A stretch of DNA of 64,000 nt from Octopus sinensis. Taxonomy: Eukaryota. Position 1 is the stretch's first letter; each line of letters starts with the position of its first letter. Position numbers and translations under genes: made by a program. This document shows, one piece after another, positions 39,459-51,540 of the stretch. The notes under the pieces were generated by a model. The model was not told where the DNA came from, searched no databases, and saw only the letters and a program-made list of their open reading frames with translations. The stretch is from positions 8,246,001 to 8,310,000 of the forward strand of contig NC_043008.1 of the NCBI RefSeq assembly GCF_006345805.1, given 5' to 3'.

Positions 39459-40880
39459 TCAGTTCATAGTTAGTGCTGTGCATTTACCTACCCGAAACTC
39501 AATTCCAATGTCGTTATTGAATACGTTCACTATTTCGATTAGAGACTCCAAGCTTATCTCACTCATTTGTATATATATCATTAGGTCATCCATAGAAAGT
39601 AGGTGATTTATTCTGATCTTGGTTTTAGCAAACTCATAACCAGAGGCATTACTGCAATGACGATGTGTAGCGGAGAGAGCAAGTCTCCTTCGATAATATC
39701 CCTGCATATTTCCAAATTTCCTAGCGACACAATTGCACATGTCAGTTCTACATCTCATTCTCTCATTGCTTTCTCCTTGGCTCTGAACCTCTTAAGACAT
39801 TCCAAGATCCAGCTGCGTAGGATATTTTCGCAGTCCTTCTTGTAATCTATCAATCCAACAACTAAATTCTTCCTCCTTTCCCGTAGCTCATATAAAAGTC
39901 AATTGTCGATATATATAGCAAATTAGCAGTTTCTCCTGATTTCTCCCTATATTCGTTTTACTCTTCTGGAGGTGGGTTCTCCTTTTCCAGAAATTTCAGC
40001 TGCTAAGCGGCCAGTTAGCAGTTCCCTGAGTAGTAGTAACGTAATAGATCTATAAATGCATACTGCCCCACTCTTTTCTTTATTCTGCACTGTCCTATGG
40101 TAACCCATATCCGTATTCCATTTTCTATGCAGTCGCAAGAAACAGTCGTATATAGTTGTGTACACTTGGGTGGTATTTGAGCAAGATACCGTGGACACTA
40201 TTTCGTTCGAAGGATTCCCAGTTTGGTATTTTCTTGATCACCTCTATTATTTTCTTATGTGTTATTATTATATTTTCTTCTATTGCTCCATCTTCCGTTT
40301 CTATTTTAAATTCCCGTAACTAGTCTGTTTTTATATTATGTTGGAATTCTTTGCTTCAAGTTTCTGCCTAGAATATTCTTGCTGCTACAGTATCTGATAT
40401 ATCGTTTCCCTGAAGCTCTTATTCATTGTTCTGTATATGAAATTTTATTTTCTTATTCTAGAACAGTCAGTTCTGTTGATACTGATTTGCCCTTTGCTCG
40501 TAACTTTGTTTTTACACGACACTGCTTTCCTGCTTTTTGTTTCAGTTCTTCTTTTACTGCTTACAGTGCTTTCTGTCTTACGTTTCCCTTGCAGATCGCT
40601 CTTGCGTCTTTCCTTCACTCCTGTCTTTTCTATGATTGCTTTTATCCGTCCAAGATCGCTTTTGGAATATTCAGTTATTTTCTGACGCCACAAATTTCAC
40701 AAAGTTCCAAATGGATCATTCTTGCCACATTATCATGTCGCTTTTGTATTCAGGTTGTGCAAATTCCGGGCACTCGCTAACAATATTCCACACTGCACCA
40801 CCCTCAGAAGTGTTTCCGTTTCTATTTTCAATTCACTTCTCCGCGTCCATAACCACCATGCTTCTCTATCTGACTTTGCG
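39459..40880 (-). pseudogene. R4/Dong-like LINE reverse transcriptase pseudogene (rearranged)
   Basis: KKIPNW...RTVQNKEKSGAVCIYRSITL...LLTG...LIDYKK...SWILECLK...IIEGDLLSPL...GYEFAKTKIRINHLLSMDDLMIY...DIGIEFRVGKC (RT subdomains, YxDD-like MDD). Post-RT motifs (AWWLW...KIETETLL; IVSECPEFAQPEYK; RHDNVARMIHLELC) lie 5' of it at 40880-40692. Confidence 0.9.
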
Positions 40881-40943
40881 CTCCTATCTGTTGGAAACTA
40901 GCAAAGTGACTGCATGTATTCTTTTCTTGTTATGTCATGTAGC

Positions 40944-41137
40944 TCCGTTAGCACGCCGGAAAAATGCCGATAAGAATTTCGTCTTTTACTTTCGAAGTTC
41001 AAATTCCACCGATACCGACTTTGCCTTTCATAATTTTCGAGATCGATGACGTAAGTGTCACTTGAACACTGGAGTCGATGTAATGGATCGTGTCCCTCAC
41101 CCAAAGTTTCAGACCTTGTTCCTAGGGTAGAAAGGGT
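40944..41137 (+). mobile_element. Old SINE family A copy (A2 tail)
   Basis: CGTTAGCACGCCGG...GAAGTTCAAATTCC...GACCTTGTTCCTAGGGTAGAAAG. Confidence 0.7.
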
Positions 41138-41981
41138 TATTATGATGATTGTTCAGGCCTTGTGCCTATTGTGGAAACGAATATTATTATCCTTGTTGAT
41201 TTTGTTTCTGTTAGTGATTTTCTTATATTGTTGCCGCTATTGTGTTATGGCGTTTGTGGTGGTTGTTGCTCTTGCTATTTCTGTGGCCATTTAAGTTGTT
41301 AATTGTTATTTTAGTAGTGATTGTGATGATGCAATTCAGATTATAGGTGGATTTTGACCAAAACCTTACATCCATCATTATTATCGTCTATGTTACCATC
41401 GCTATTTCATTGCCTAGTTCTTTCACACTCATCAACATTAACACCATTTTTTATTATCATTACACAGATAGAACCAACTACATTGCATCCATCTTTTTAT
41501 TTTCACAACCACGCATCTCTTTCGGCTCCACCTCCTCCATGCATATTCCCTCACCAGCCTCCATCCCAAACTTTTATCGTCGCCCTCTCTATCTCTTTTT
41601 CGTCCTAAAATACTCCGATAGCCGATCCTCCAACGCCCCTTCAATATTATCTACCATAATAAAATGTAGTCATGTTTTGCTTGGAAGCATTGCTATTCAT
41701 GCATGCTGCTTCTTAACAAATTCACTGAGATAGGAGTGTATTCAAAGAGTTATAATTATTAAAATTGGGAGAAAGGCGGGGAATTGAAAAAAAAAAGTAA
41801 TAATAATATTGCCTACTACGTGATTGAAAATGAAGAAAAGGAGAGAAAAGGACTTAAACAAATATTTGTTTTCCTATGTGAGAATAGTGTTCAACTTCAA
41901 ACGACGGAATTTAATTAATTACAGGAATATCTTTTCCTTTATCCTTCCATCTCTACTCTCTCTCTTTCACTTTCTCTCTCA

Positions 41982-42043
<62 letters not shown>

Positions 42044-42236
42044 GTCTTTCTCTATCTCCCGCTCAAACCCGCAGATACACCAACATAGTCATACAAACAC
42101 ACAAACGCTGAATATCACATTTTTAGCACTTTCCGTTAAAATTTCTACTCATTTTGTAATTATTCATCTGTTTATTGCTGTCAGTATATATGTGTATTAA
42201 TGCATATACATACATGCATACATACATAATACATAC

Positions 42237-42278
<42 letters not shown>

Positions 42279-42579
42279 ATGTGTAAATATATGTAAATAA
42301 CTGAATTTGTGTGTATCCATGTGCATATATGGTTATGTATTTATGTTTCATTATGTGTATTGGTACGTGTCTCGTTTAAGTGTATATGTACGCACCACTG
42401 TACATTTGTGTTTAGGTGTGTGTTTGATACCAAAGCCATAGTTTCGAGCGCATAAAATTCGAAGATTAAAACACACACCTGACGTTCGATATCTAGCAAT
42501 TACAATGATCAAAAAACATTTTTTAAGCAAGAATTACCATCAGAGATAACCACATGTGTGAAAAGATAATAATACAAAT

Positions 42580-42996
42580 GTTTAGGTTGGGTTGATATAT
42601 CGTTGTGATATTAAAATGTGCGAATGACGCCGAGAGAAAAGAGACGAGTGCGTGCTTATTTGAACAAAAAAATACTCATCGAATTCTGATGATAATGGAC
42701 ACAGATATCTGGGCATATTGGAGATCGATGGCATTACTTATAAATGATGTAAATTTGAAAACAACATATATGGAGAGAATAAAGCTTGTATCGAAGTCTG
42801 AAATCAATTCAATGACTCTGATAAATGTGATCAACGCATGGACGATCGCTGCTAAGTGATCTATTGCTGAAATAGGGAAAGGATAGAAATAGGAAGCAAG
42901 AGGCGTCAGACAGAAAAGGGGGAAAATCGCTGAGAGTACAAGGAACACTTCATTAAAGAATGAATGTCAGTCGTTTATTTTTAAAGGCAAAAAAGG

Positions 42997-43037
<41 letters not shown>

Positions 43038-43830
43038 ATAATTCGCATTTCTCACTGTGCGAACGAAGGCTGAATGTTAAGAAGCTATTAATTTGTAATG
43101 AGCGAAGAAGAATTGCTTAAACATGCTGCAATAAATCTAGGTCTTATATATACGCAACTTCCGTAGAAGACATTCGCAAGTAGGATACCTTGTGAAAACA
43201 TGAAACACTAGGAGAAATACAATTGCATGAAGCGGATCAGAAAACTGTCAAAATGTGAGAAATAATGATTCCTCATGTGAGTGGATAAGGTGTACAGATT
43301 TCAAGAGAGAAACATTGAATTAATTGGTAGCCAGTATCAATAAAGCTTTAAGTAATATTCCACTTAGCAAGACAATTTATTCAACGGCATCAACAACCAA
43401 ATACAGCCTCAGTAATCAGCAAGTTGAAAATTCTAAGCTTATTGTTGCAGCTTGCTTCGGTTTTAATCCCAGAAATGTTCAAAGGCGGGAGTAATGATAC
43501 TTCAAAGAAGCCATGCAACCTAAATACGAAGAAAGGGCCTAGATGAAGTCTCTAATCGAAGAATATTATAAGATTTTGAAGACCAGGCAGACAGAAGCTT
43601 TGAACACAGCAGAACAAATATCATCATATTACACAGGAAAATAGAATGCTTCACAAAAGTCGTTGAAATTCTTCCCGACAAAACAGTTGCAAAACAGAAG
43701 GTAAAGAAGGAAATTTCAAATTATGGTGATTTAAAATTAAATTAGAGATATCACGAATATGGAGATGTCCAGCAGCAATATGGAATATAATGCCAATTAT
43801 ATTCAGAAATTTGGGGCTAAATCACCCACC
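42580..43830 (+). pseudogene. Old R4/Dong-like LINE fragment (end of RT through zinc knuckle/RLE)
   Basis: DDNGHRYLGILEIDG (42688-42732), ERIKLVSKSEINS...INAWTI, SCEWIRCTDFKRETLN*LVASINKAL (about 43273-43350) and KEISNYGDLK; interrupted by (GA)n at 43003-43035. Confidence 0.6.
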
Positions 43831-43966
43831 CGTCTGCAATATGCCATATGACATGGAACGGTCGAACATCAAGATTTGAATACTCCAAAATATTTCCCAC
43901 TTTTTCACAATGTCTTTCTTTAAACAGAATGAAAAAACAGCAAATAACTATGCTTAACCTCCAGAG

Positions 43967-44134
43967 GAAGAAAAAGAAGAAGAAGAAGAAGAAGAAGAAG
44001 AAGAAGGAGAAGAAGAAGAAGAAGAAGAAGAAGAAGAAGAAGAAGAAGAAGAGGAGAAGAAGAAGAAGAAGAAGAAGAAGAAGAAGAAGAAGAAGAAGAA
44101 GAAGAAGAAGAAGAAGAAGAAGAAGAAGAAGAAG
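43967..44134. repeat. (GAA)n polypurine microsatellite, about 168 bp
   Basis: Directly visible; source of the poly-K/R/F/S ORFs. Confidence 0.95.
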
Positions 44135-44753
44135 CCCAGATACCAGAAAATCCGAAAATGGCAGAAATTCAACAGCTAGTGCTCGTGGGATATCACCACA
44201 ATGTGGCAAGAATCATGCATTGGAAATCACGGCCTACAAAGAGCAAAGACTTGGTATGAGCAAACTTCAGACGGAATCACAAAAAATGAGAATTGCAAAA
44301 TCCTGTGGGATGTAATGCTGAAGTGCGTTCACCCGGCTAAACATCGAAAACTGGACATTGTTGTGGTGAATAAAAAAAACAAAGAACGTGTATGATAATT
44401 GATTTAGCATGCAGCGGTGAGAACAGAACCAATGTGAAAGAAACAGAAAAAAAAAAACTATAACGATTTGAAGTGGGGAAATGCGAAGTTTGTGGTCAAT
44501 GAGGAGAGTAGACGTGATACCAATAGTAAATGCAGCACTTGGAAGTATCACCACCCAACGTCCAACATGCTGAACGTGATTGGTGCAAGTGTGAAGGTAA
44601 GATGCCTACAAAAATCAGCATTGCTTGGAACCGCAAGAATTTATCGCAGGGACCTTTGAAGCACGAACACAAACAAGGGTCACGTTAGTCTGCTGGTAAT
44701 GGGCAGCTGACACTTTCCATCATACCCAGCAGCAAAATGAGCTGTGATGTTTC

Positions 44754-44797
<44 letters not shown>

Positions 44798-44823
44798 TAA
44801 TAATAATAATAATAATAATAATA
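44135..44823 (+). mobile_element. R4/Dong-like LINE 3' fragment with 3'UTR and (AAT)n tail (stack unit 1)
   Basis: HHNVARIMHW...AKTWYEQ...NENCKILWD...HRKLDIVVVNKK...IIDLAC...VIPIVNAALG...LQKSALLGTARIYRRDL* (stop 44657-44659); (TAA)n from 44757. Confidence 0.9.
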
Positions 44824-45380
44824 AATGCCCTGATGCAGTACCAGGCAGTGGCTCTCATGGCTTCTGATCTTAACTGATTGGAATTGTTATCATGTACATT
44901 GTTTTGTCTTGGTATAAAAGATGGGCTACAGCAAATATTCTGCTCAATACCACAGATTTGCTTGTCAGTTGTTTGACCTTAACCAGTTGAGCATGTCCCT
45001 TAGTGGCTGACGATATGTGCATCTCTGATCACGAGCAGAAGTAGTGGGGGAGCATCATAGCCATGTGTTGAGAGGGATTCTTTGGGGTTTGAATAGTTCA
45101 CCTCTGGAAACATGGGTGGTTCTTTCAACATCCTTAAACAACCCTTAATCAGGGACCGTTTGAGCGTGATGGGCTACTCAACCTGAAGAAAATTTTAACT
45201 GGGCCCCACCTGCAAGTTCATGTGCTGTTTATCTTGATATGAGATCACCATGTCGCGCACATATGGTTGTGATGCATGTGCCTGGTGTACCTTTATAAGA
45301 CGGGTAGTCATGATGGGTATATTGGGCTTCGTATATTTTACCCCAGTGTCACTTTGATGGCATGAACTGCTCTCTCACTC

Positions 45381-45415
<35 letters not shown>

Positions 45416-45433
45416 CAACAACAACAACAATAG

Positions 45434-45490
<57 letters not shown>
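44824..45490 (+). mobile_element. Non-coding (AAT)n-tailed retroelement 'X', 557 bp (stack unit 2)
   Basis: Unique 44824-45380 block between (AAT)n runs; second copy at 5486-5809; no ORF. Confidence 0.75.
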
Positions 45491-45493
<3 letters not shown>

Positions 45494-45681
45494 CACCAGG
45501 ATTTACAAAAACATATAACATACAGAAAATTGCACTACTAGGCACTGCACACATCCTAGGCAGATCACTTTCCATACAATAACCATCAGAGCATCACAAC
45601 AAATCACAGCACATACCTAAGGCAGACAGAGCTGCGCTCGGTAGTGAAGTGAAAGCACGTTATAAAAATAAAACTACTGAA

Positions 45682-45724
<43 letters not shown>
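45491..45724 (+). mobile_element. Short R4/Dong-like LINE 3' end (stack unit 3)
   Basis: TPGFTKTYNIQKIALLGTAHILGRSLSIQ* plus a UTR nearly identical to unit 4; (AAT)n tail. Confidence 0.9.
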
Positions 45725-45728
<4 letters not shown>

Positions 45729-46134
45729 GAAAAAAAATGCTTTCTAATTGATGTATCAGTACCGGCAGATGACAACGTGTCTCTAAAAGAAATGGAGAAA
45801 CTCTCAAAATACAAAGACCTGGAAATATAGGTAACTAGAATGTGGAATCTGAAAACAGAAACAATTCCTATCATAGTAGGTGCATTAGGCATGATAAAAA
45901 AATATTCAGACAAATACATAACAAAAACACCAGGACTTACAAACACATATAACATACAGAAAATTGCACTACTAGGCACTGCACACATCCTACGCAGAAC
46001 ACTTTCCATACAATAACCATCAGAGCATCACAACAAATCACAGCACATACCCAAGGCACACAGAGCTGCGCTCGGTAGTGAAGTGAAAGCACGCTATAAA
46101 AATAAAAATAAAACTACTGAATAATAATAATAAT
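45725..46134 (+). mobile_element. Young R4/Dong-like LINE 3' end with nearly intact RLE frame (stack unit 4)
   Basis: 45738-46016 gives 93 codons: CFLIDVSVPADDNVSLKEMEKLSKYKDLEI*VTRMWNLKTETIPIIVGALG...NIQKIALLGTAHILRRTLSIQ*, with one premature TAG (45828-45830); (AAT)n tail. Confidence 0.92.
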
Positions 46135-47331
46135 ATTGTGTTTTGTTGTTGCTCGGCGTTGGATGTTCTTTGTTTCTGCTCGCATAACATTTAAGATTAT
46201 TTGTTTTTGCTTGCTGAATGTTTTTAGACATTTTGCTGACGAAGGACACCGATTTTACTTTGTGAAGCTGGGCATAGTTAGCGTAGATAGTACCTGTGGG
46301 CCTTAGGGGATGATAGTCTCACTGGTTTGAGTTACCCTTACGCCGTTGACAGATTAATCTATCTGCCCTCAACATTTTCATTACTAGCAATATTTTAACT
46401 TAAAACATAGAGTAACAAAGCTAAATACTGAAAATATATATTGCATTTAAATATATATAGGCTTTGTGTTGCATTTTTTAAAAATATAAGCAAAAATATA
46501 CACTTGTATACGTGATTTCCCACTCTATCTTAGATGTTTCAAAGGAAAAAAATAATAATAAATATATAAACGTGATGAAAGCTTTTGTGTAATGTTTTGT
46601 AGAACTCAAAACATTCCTTTTCATTTCAGGTTACATTGCTGTGACTTTCATAAAAATTGTCACTGCTGGCGTCAAATAAGATATGCTGTTGCATCTTAGC
46701 AACAATGGAGCCCCTACGACGACAGCGATATGACACAGATTCGAAATACTACATTTGATGGAACTAGAAGTAGAGCGCTGACTAATTAATTATTACACAA
46801 ATTTCAATAATCAAAGGAAGGTCAACTCCCATGCGATTACTTTCTCCCCAACGTGATAATTAATGAGGATTATTCTGAAGCTTCTAAAACCATTCTACAC
46901 AGCTACATCACTCGTATTCGTTAATCCTGTATTGATATTGAAAAGTATAAAGAATGAACAATGATACAATGAAATCAAAACAAAATTAAGATGTAAGGTA
47001 AAAGAAAAGTATCTATAGAATAGGCTTGAAACGTAAAAGATTTATTCCATTTTTCCCGAACGTCAAACGAATACTCTTGCTTGTTGTTCCTACACCTGTC
47101 TTCGCCTTTTGTTTTCCTACAAAATTGAACCTAACACAGACACACACACGCACACACACATACACACATATACATACAGGCACACAAGCACAACGAGTGA
47201 CAAAGAAGTTTTAATTGCACATACAGAGAATACACCCAAATACAAGCATAAGTACGTGTCTACGTACCTACGTATGTATGTATGTATGTACGTACGTACG
47301 TACGTATGTATGTATGTATGTGTGTATGTGT

Positions 47332-47530
47332 AACCACATGTGAATCGTTGGCGATTTTCTTCCTCCGTCTTCCCTTCTTTTGGACTTTCCTTTATTTCTG
47401 AAAAAGAGTTTTGCTCGAAACGTTAAACCATATTTCATTCCTTTTCTGTGCGTCTGCTAATATATTACATGTACCATGTCCTCGCGTTGTTGATTTTCAT
47501 GTTTGTTCTTCTTTTGGGGGGATTTGCTAT
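47332..47530 (+). mobile_element. Short repeat 'H2' with a degenerate minimal hammerhead (47394-47428)
   Basis: TTT-CTGAAAA-A-GAGT-TTT-GCTC-GAAAC-GTT-AAA; CUGAAGA core with G8 changed to A; flanked by TA/TG-rich tracts. Confidence 0.5.
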
Positions 47531-47878
47531 ATGTATATATACTTACACAAAGACACATATATAGTGACCGGGTAAAATTTGACAGTTTGCATAAATGGAA
47601 AAGAAAGTATTTCATAAAATATTAAAGAAAAAGCACCAACTATATTACGGCTGGAACGTAACAGTTTATTATAAGTAGCCGACCTCAGTTGCAGATGCCC
47701 TGTTCGTTGAATGTTTTGTGCGTGGCAGGGTTACTCTTCGCAATTGTTTAATATAATGCCACCTGGAATGAAAAAGAATAATTACATTTTAAATTATACA
47801 CCGCTGAAAACATATTAAGACGCTTAGATTAGAACTTTTGAAAATGAAAGGTGTCTATTTACTTCCTGCATGTCAGTG

Positions 47879-47935
<57 letters not shown>

Positions 47936-47984
47936 TTCAGTCAGTCGCCATGATAGATCGTTACCCAGTACACATTTTTTTCAC

Positions 47985-48131
47985 TCCTTGTTTCTTTCCT
48001 TGTTTTTTCTCTGTCCCTTTCTGTAGAAGAGCGTAGGCTAGAAACGTATAATACTTTTTCTATTCCTGAGCGTTATACTAATACAGCTGTTTGTTTTGTA
48101 CACCACCTGTCTTCGTCTTTTGTTTTTTCGT

Positions 48132-48137
<6 letters not shown>
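47985..48137 (+). mobile_element. Repeat H1 copy with degenerate hammerhead-like motif (48017-48052)
   Basis: CTTT-CTGTAGA-A-GAGC-GTAG-GCTA-GAAAC-GTA; downstream body matches the reverse complement of 27718-27860. Confidence 0.7.
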
Positions 48138-48211
<74 letters not shown>

Positions 48212-48610
48212 ATATACATATATACTTATAAGTAAGAGCGATGGAATGCGCTAGAAGTAGATGTCAAATACCTACAATCCACTCTAAATTTCTTCTCTGT
48301 TTATATCCCCAGGTCGAATGCGATGTAATGCGCAACAAGATTTACGAAAATTTCGGATAATCCTGTATCTTAAGATTTCATGTAATCTTAATTACGGAGC
48401 ATAAAATCTTAGGATATAGGATTATCCGAAATTTTCTAAATCAACTCGCTCATTATCTCGCATTTAACCTGGAGTTATAAACAGAGAACAAATTTAGAGT
48501 GCATTGTAGGTATCTGTCATCTACTTCTAGCGTATATATGCTGGCATTCCAGCGCCCTTAATTATAATTGTTTTTAGAATTATATACTTAAAGATTAATC
48601 TTCCCAAAGT

Positions 48611-48618
48611 AGACAGAC

Positions 48619-48711
<93 letters not shown>
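48611..48711. repeat. (GATA)n microsatellite
   Basis: Directly visible. Confidence 0.95.
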
Positions 48712-49184
48712 TGTAAGGAACCATAATCATATATTGGTTATTTCTTTCAATTTGGGTGGAGTATCAACTTTCTTAAGTGTTACTTAGTTTAAACAACCCT
48801 CAGATGAACAGTGCTCATAGCTTTGTTGCATATCTCAATGTTCAGATGGGAACCTCACTTTTCATAACCTACAAATGGAAAGGAGAGTTGGGCATGGTGC
48901 AAGTAGAGTAACATGACATGTGACATCCACTTGACAAAGTTTGCACGTAGCTGTGATCACTAGTTACACTACTTAACACAATTTTACTTTCCTGTATGTG
49001 AGTTACTGCTGAGTGTATTTCATTTGACCGTTGTCACAATGGAATTAGGGAATTGTTTCAATTAATTTTGTCAATGAATAATAATTTACGCCAGATTGCC
49101 TAATATCATGGTTTATCTTTCATTTATTTTATTATAGTTTTGCTGTTGAACCCCATCTGGATATTAACCAGCTTGGATTAATAG

Positions 49185-49322
49185 CTATTTCTTTACTACC
49201 CATAAGGGGCTAAACACAGAGGAGACAAACAAGGACAGACGAAAGGATTAAGTCGATTACATCAACCCCAGTGCGTAACTAGTACTTATTTAATCGACCC
49301 CGAAAGGATGAAAGGCAAAGTC
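49185..49322 (-). mobile_element. SINE family A (A1) 3' fragment
   Basis: CTATTTCTTTACTACCC...GGATGAAAGGCAAAGTC matches the other copies. Confidence 0.85.
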
Positions 49323-50369
49323 TAATTTGGCTTCCATGTTGAAGCGGTTGTATATTTTAAATTCAAAACGTCGACAACACTTAGCGGTATATTCAGATAT
49401 AATGCAAAGGCTCCGTCGTTTGCACGAGGCAATTTTGATTTGTTAGTTGATGGATTATTCAAATCCCTATAGCTTCGGACATAATGGTTATTTATAGTTT
49501 CAAGCGTTCGTTTATGTATAGATTTGAAGTATCACAGAAACGGACGCAGAATGTTGACATTCAAGATTTCTTAAAATATAAAGCAATTTCGTGCTTAGAT
49601 TAGCAGAAAGGAATTAAAACCTTCCTCTTGAAAACGTTCAATTAAATTATCTCCTGCTGATACAAAAAAATTCAAGCCATTTCGCATAAATTTAAAATAA
49701 GATATGAAAGGTTATAATTAAAGTATGCTAGCAACAGACTCAGTTTGCACAATATTCTGTGTTCTTTCATTTTTACGATTATAAAATACATACATGTAAT
49801 CGTGTTGACTACGTTATATATTATATAATCTGGAACTGAATCAAACATGGAAACACAAGATATCTTATATATTGATTTCTTTATTTTTAACACACCCATA
49901 ATTTCCGGTTGGATAACAGCGATATCATAATATCACTACAGAATTACAGTGGTCTTTGAGAAGAACGTAAAATTCTTAGGATTCCAGCCTTAGATATTTG
50001 GTAACGGTTTTCGTAGAATTTAGCTTAAATAACTTCAGTTTGGAGAAATTGGTATTTATGTAATATTATCTCATCTCCTATGGTGCGGAACGTCGTGGCT
50101 GTCTTCAAGCATCCGTAAAGTATACGCACACACGCACACATAAGATCGCACGCGTGCACACACACACACACACAAATATATATAAATACATCGGTGTTTA
50201 AGTGTATGTATACATGCATATGTATATAAATAGACAGACTGAGACGCAGATAGACAGAGAGATATGCACAAATATGCTTGACATTTAAGTATATTCTCAA
50301 ATATAAATTTAGATAGAATGAAGAGATAAATTTCTGTTTGTGATTCACGATTAAATATTATGTGAAACA

Positions 50370-51234
50370 ACGTTCAACTTTGATGGCCACTTTACCAATT
50401 TTGCTCGCCAATAACAAATTTCAAATTTAACAACAATAAATACGACGGCAAGACACGGTGATGTGCACAGTGAGAGCTAGCAGTGACCTTCATGAGGCAG
50501 AGTGCCGAGTGACATATTTGTGTTATCAAGTCGTGAAATTTATGAATTTTGTGATTACCTATATGCTGTAGCATGTGATTTTGTCATGAACAAGAAGAAA
50601 GAGCCAACGTGAAATTTTCCGTTGAACTTGGGGTGTCTACTACAAAGACATCGAGCATGCTTCAGCTCGTATGCTTCAGGGTCGTATGCAATGTTTCGAG
50701 TGTCACGGGCACTTCAAAAGAGGAAGAACGTTCATGGAAGAGGATGAGCGATCTGGAAGACCTACCATGACCGTCAATCGAGAGTTCTACTGCGACGGTT
50801 GAAGCGCTTGAGGGAGGACTTTCAGCGAAAGCGACCGGATCTGTACAAAATGAAGAACTAGATTCGATTCTTCACGATGGCAATGCCCCATGACACCCTG
50901 AAAGCGAACTCTCTTTACTTGTGAGTTTCTCGTCCTAAAAGACTTAGTATCGCTTAAGCACCCGCTGTATTTGTCAGATTCAGCACCTGTGGACTACTAT
51001 CTCTCCCCAAAGAAGAAAATGCAGCTCATCGTTTTAACACAGCTGTCCAGATCCAGAGCGAATTGCAGAAGGTCCTTGACTCCTTAAGGATTTCAAAAGT
51101 GGAAGGATCACTTGGACCAGTGTACTGTTGCGCAAGGTGACTATTTCGAAGATGATGTTAAAAGTTAAGTAAATAAGTCGCTTTTCTTTTTATTAAACAT
51201 GACTAGTCCTGGAAGTGTTTGATACCACCTGGTA
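50370..51234 (+). mobile_element. Internally deleted mariner element with right TIR
   Basis: EERANVKFSVELG...GRMQCFECHGHFKRGRTFMEEDERSGRP | TVNREFYC...LREDFQRKRPDL...ILHDGNAP...HPLYLSDSAPVDYYL...AQGDYFED (stop 51166-51168). TIR-like end TTTGATACCACCTGGTA terminating in TA. Left TIR not found. Confidence 0.88.
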
Positions 51235-51540
51235 CGTCACTAGTCCAGCTTCGATGAATTACCACCATTTGTATAAGACAATCTGCAAAAATCACTAATA
51301 AATGGAAAATAGATACTCACATGCGCTCATATATATAGGGACACCTTTAAATCCAGCTATACATTTAGTATACGCACTTGCTCAGGCTTCAGGGGAAAAT
51401 ACCTGCAAGAACATTTTCGATATAAAAGACTGAGACAACTCCATTTAAAATGACAAATGATAGTCCACTGAAACTGTTACTGCGTACGTAGATGGTAACA
51501 TGTTTTACCACTGCTGGATTTTTAAATCCAACATAATCAT

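Noticed and set aside
43817-44315. Lys/Arg-rich 155-aa ORF resembling a protamine
   Set aside because: (GAA)n tract read into an off-frame LINE fragment.
46611-46790. Strong acceptor-like TTCCTTTTCATTTCAG (AG 46628-46629)
   Set aside because: All three frames close shortly after, no clear donor; unsupported without RNA data.
47566-47770. Possible Tc1-like 3' end and TIR
   Set aside because: No second TIR and no diagnostic residues.
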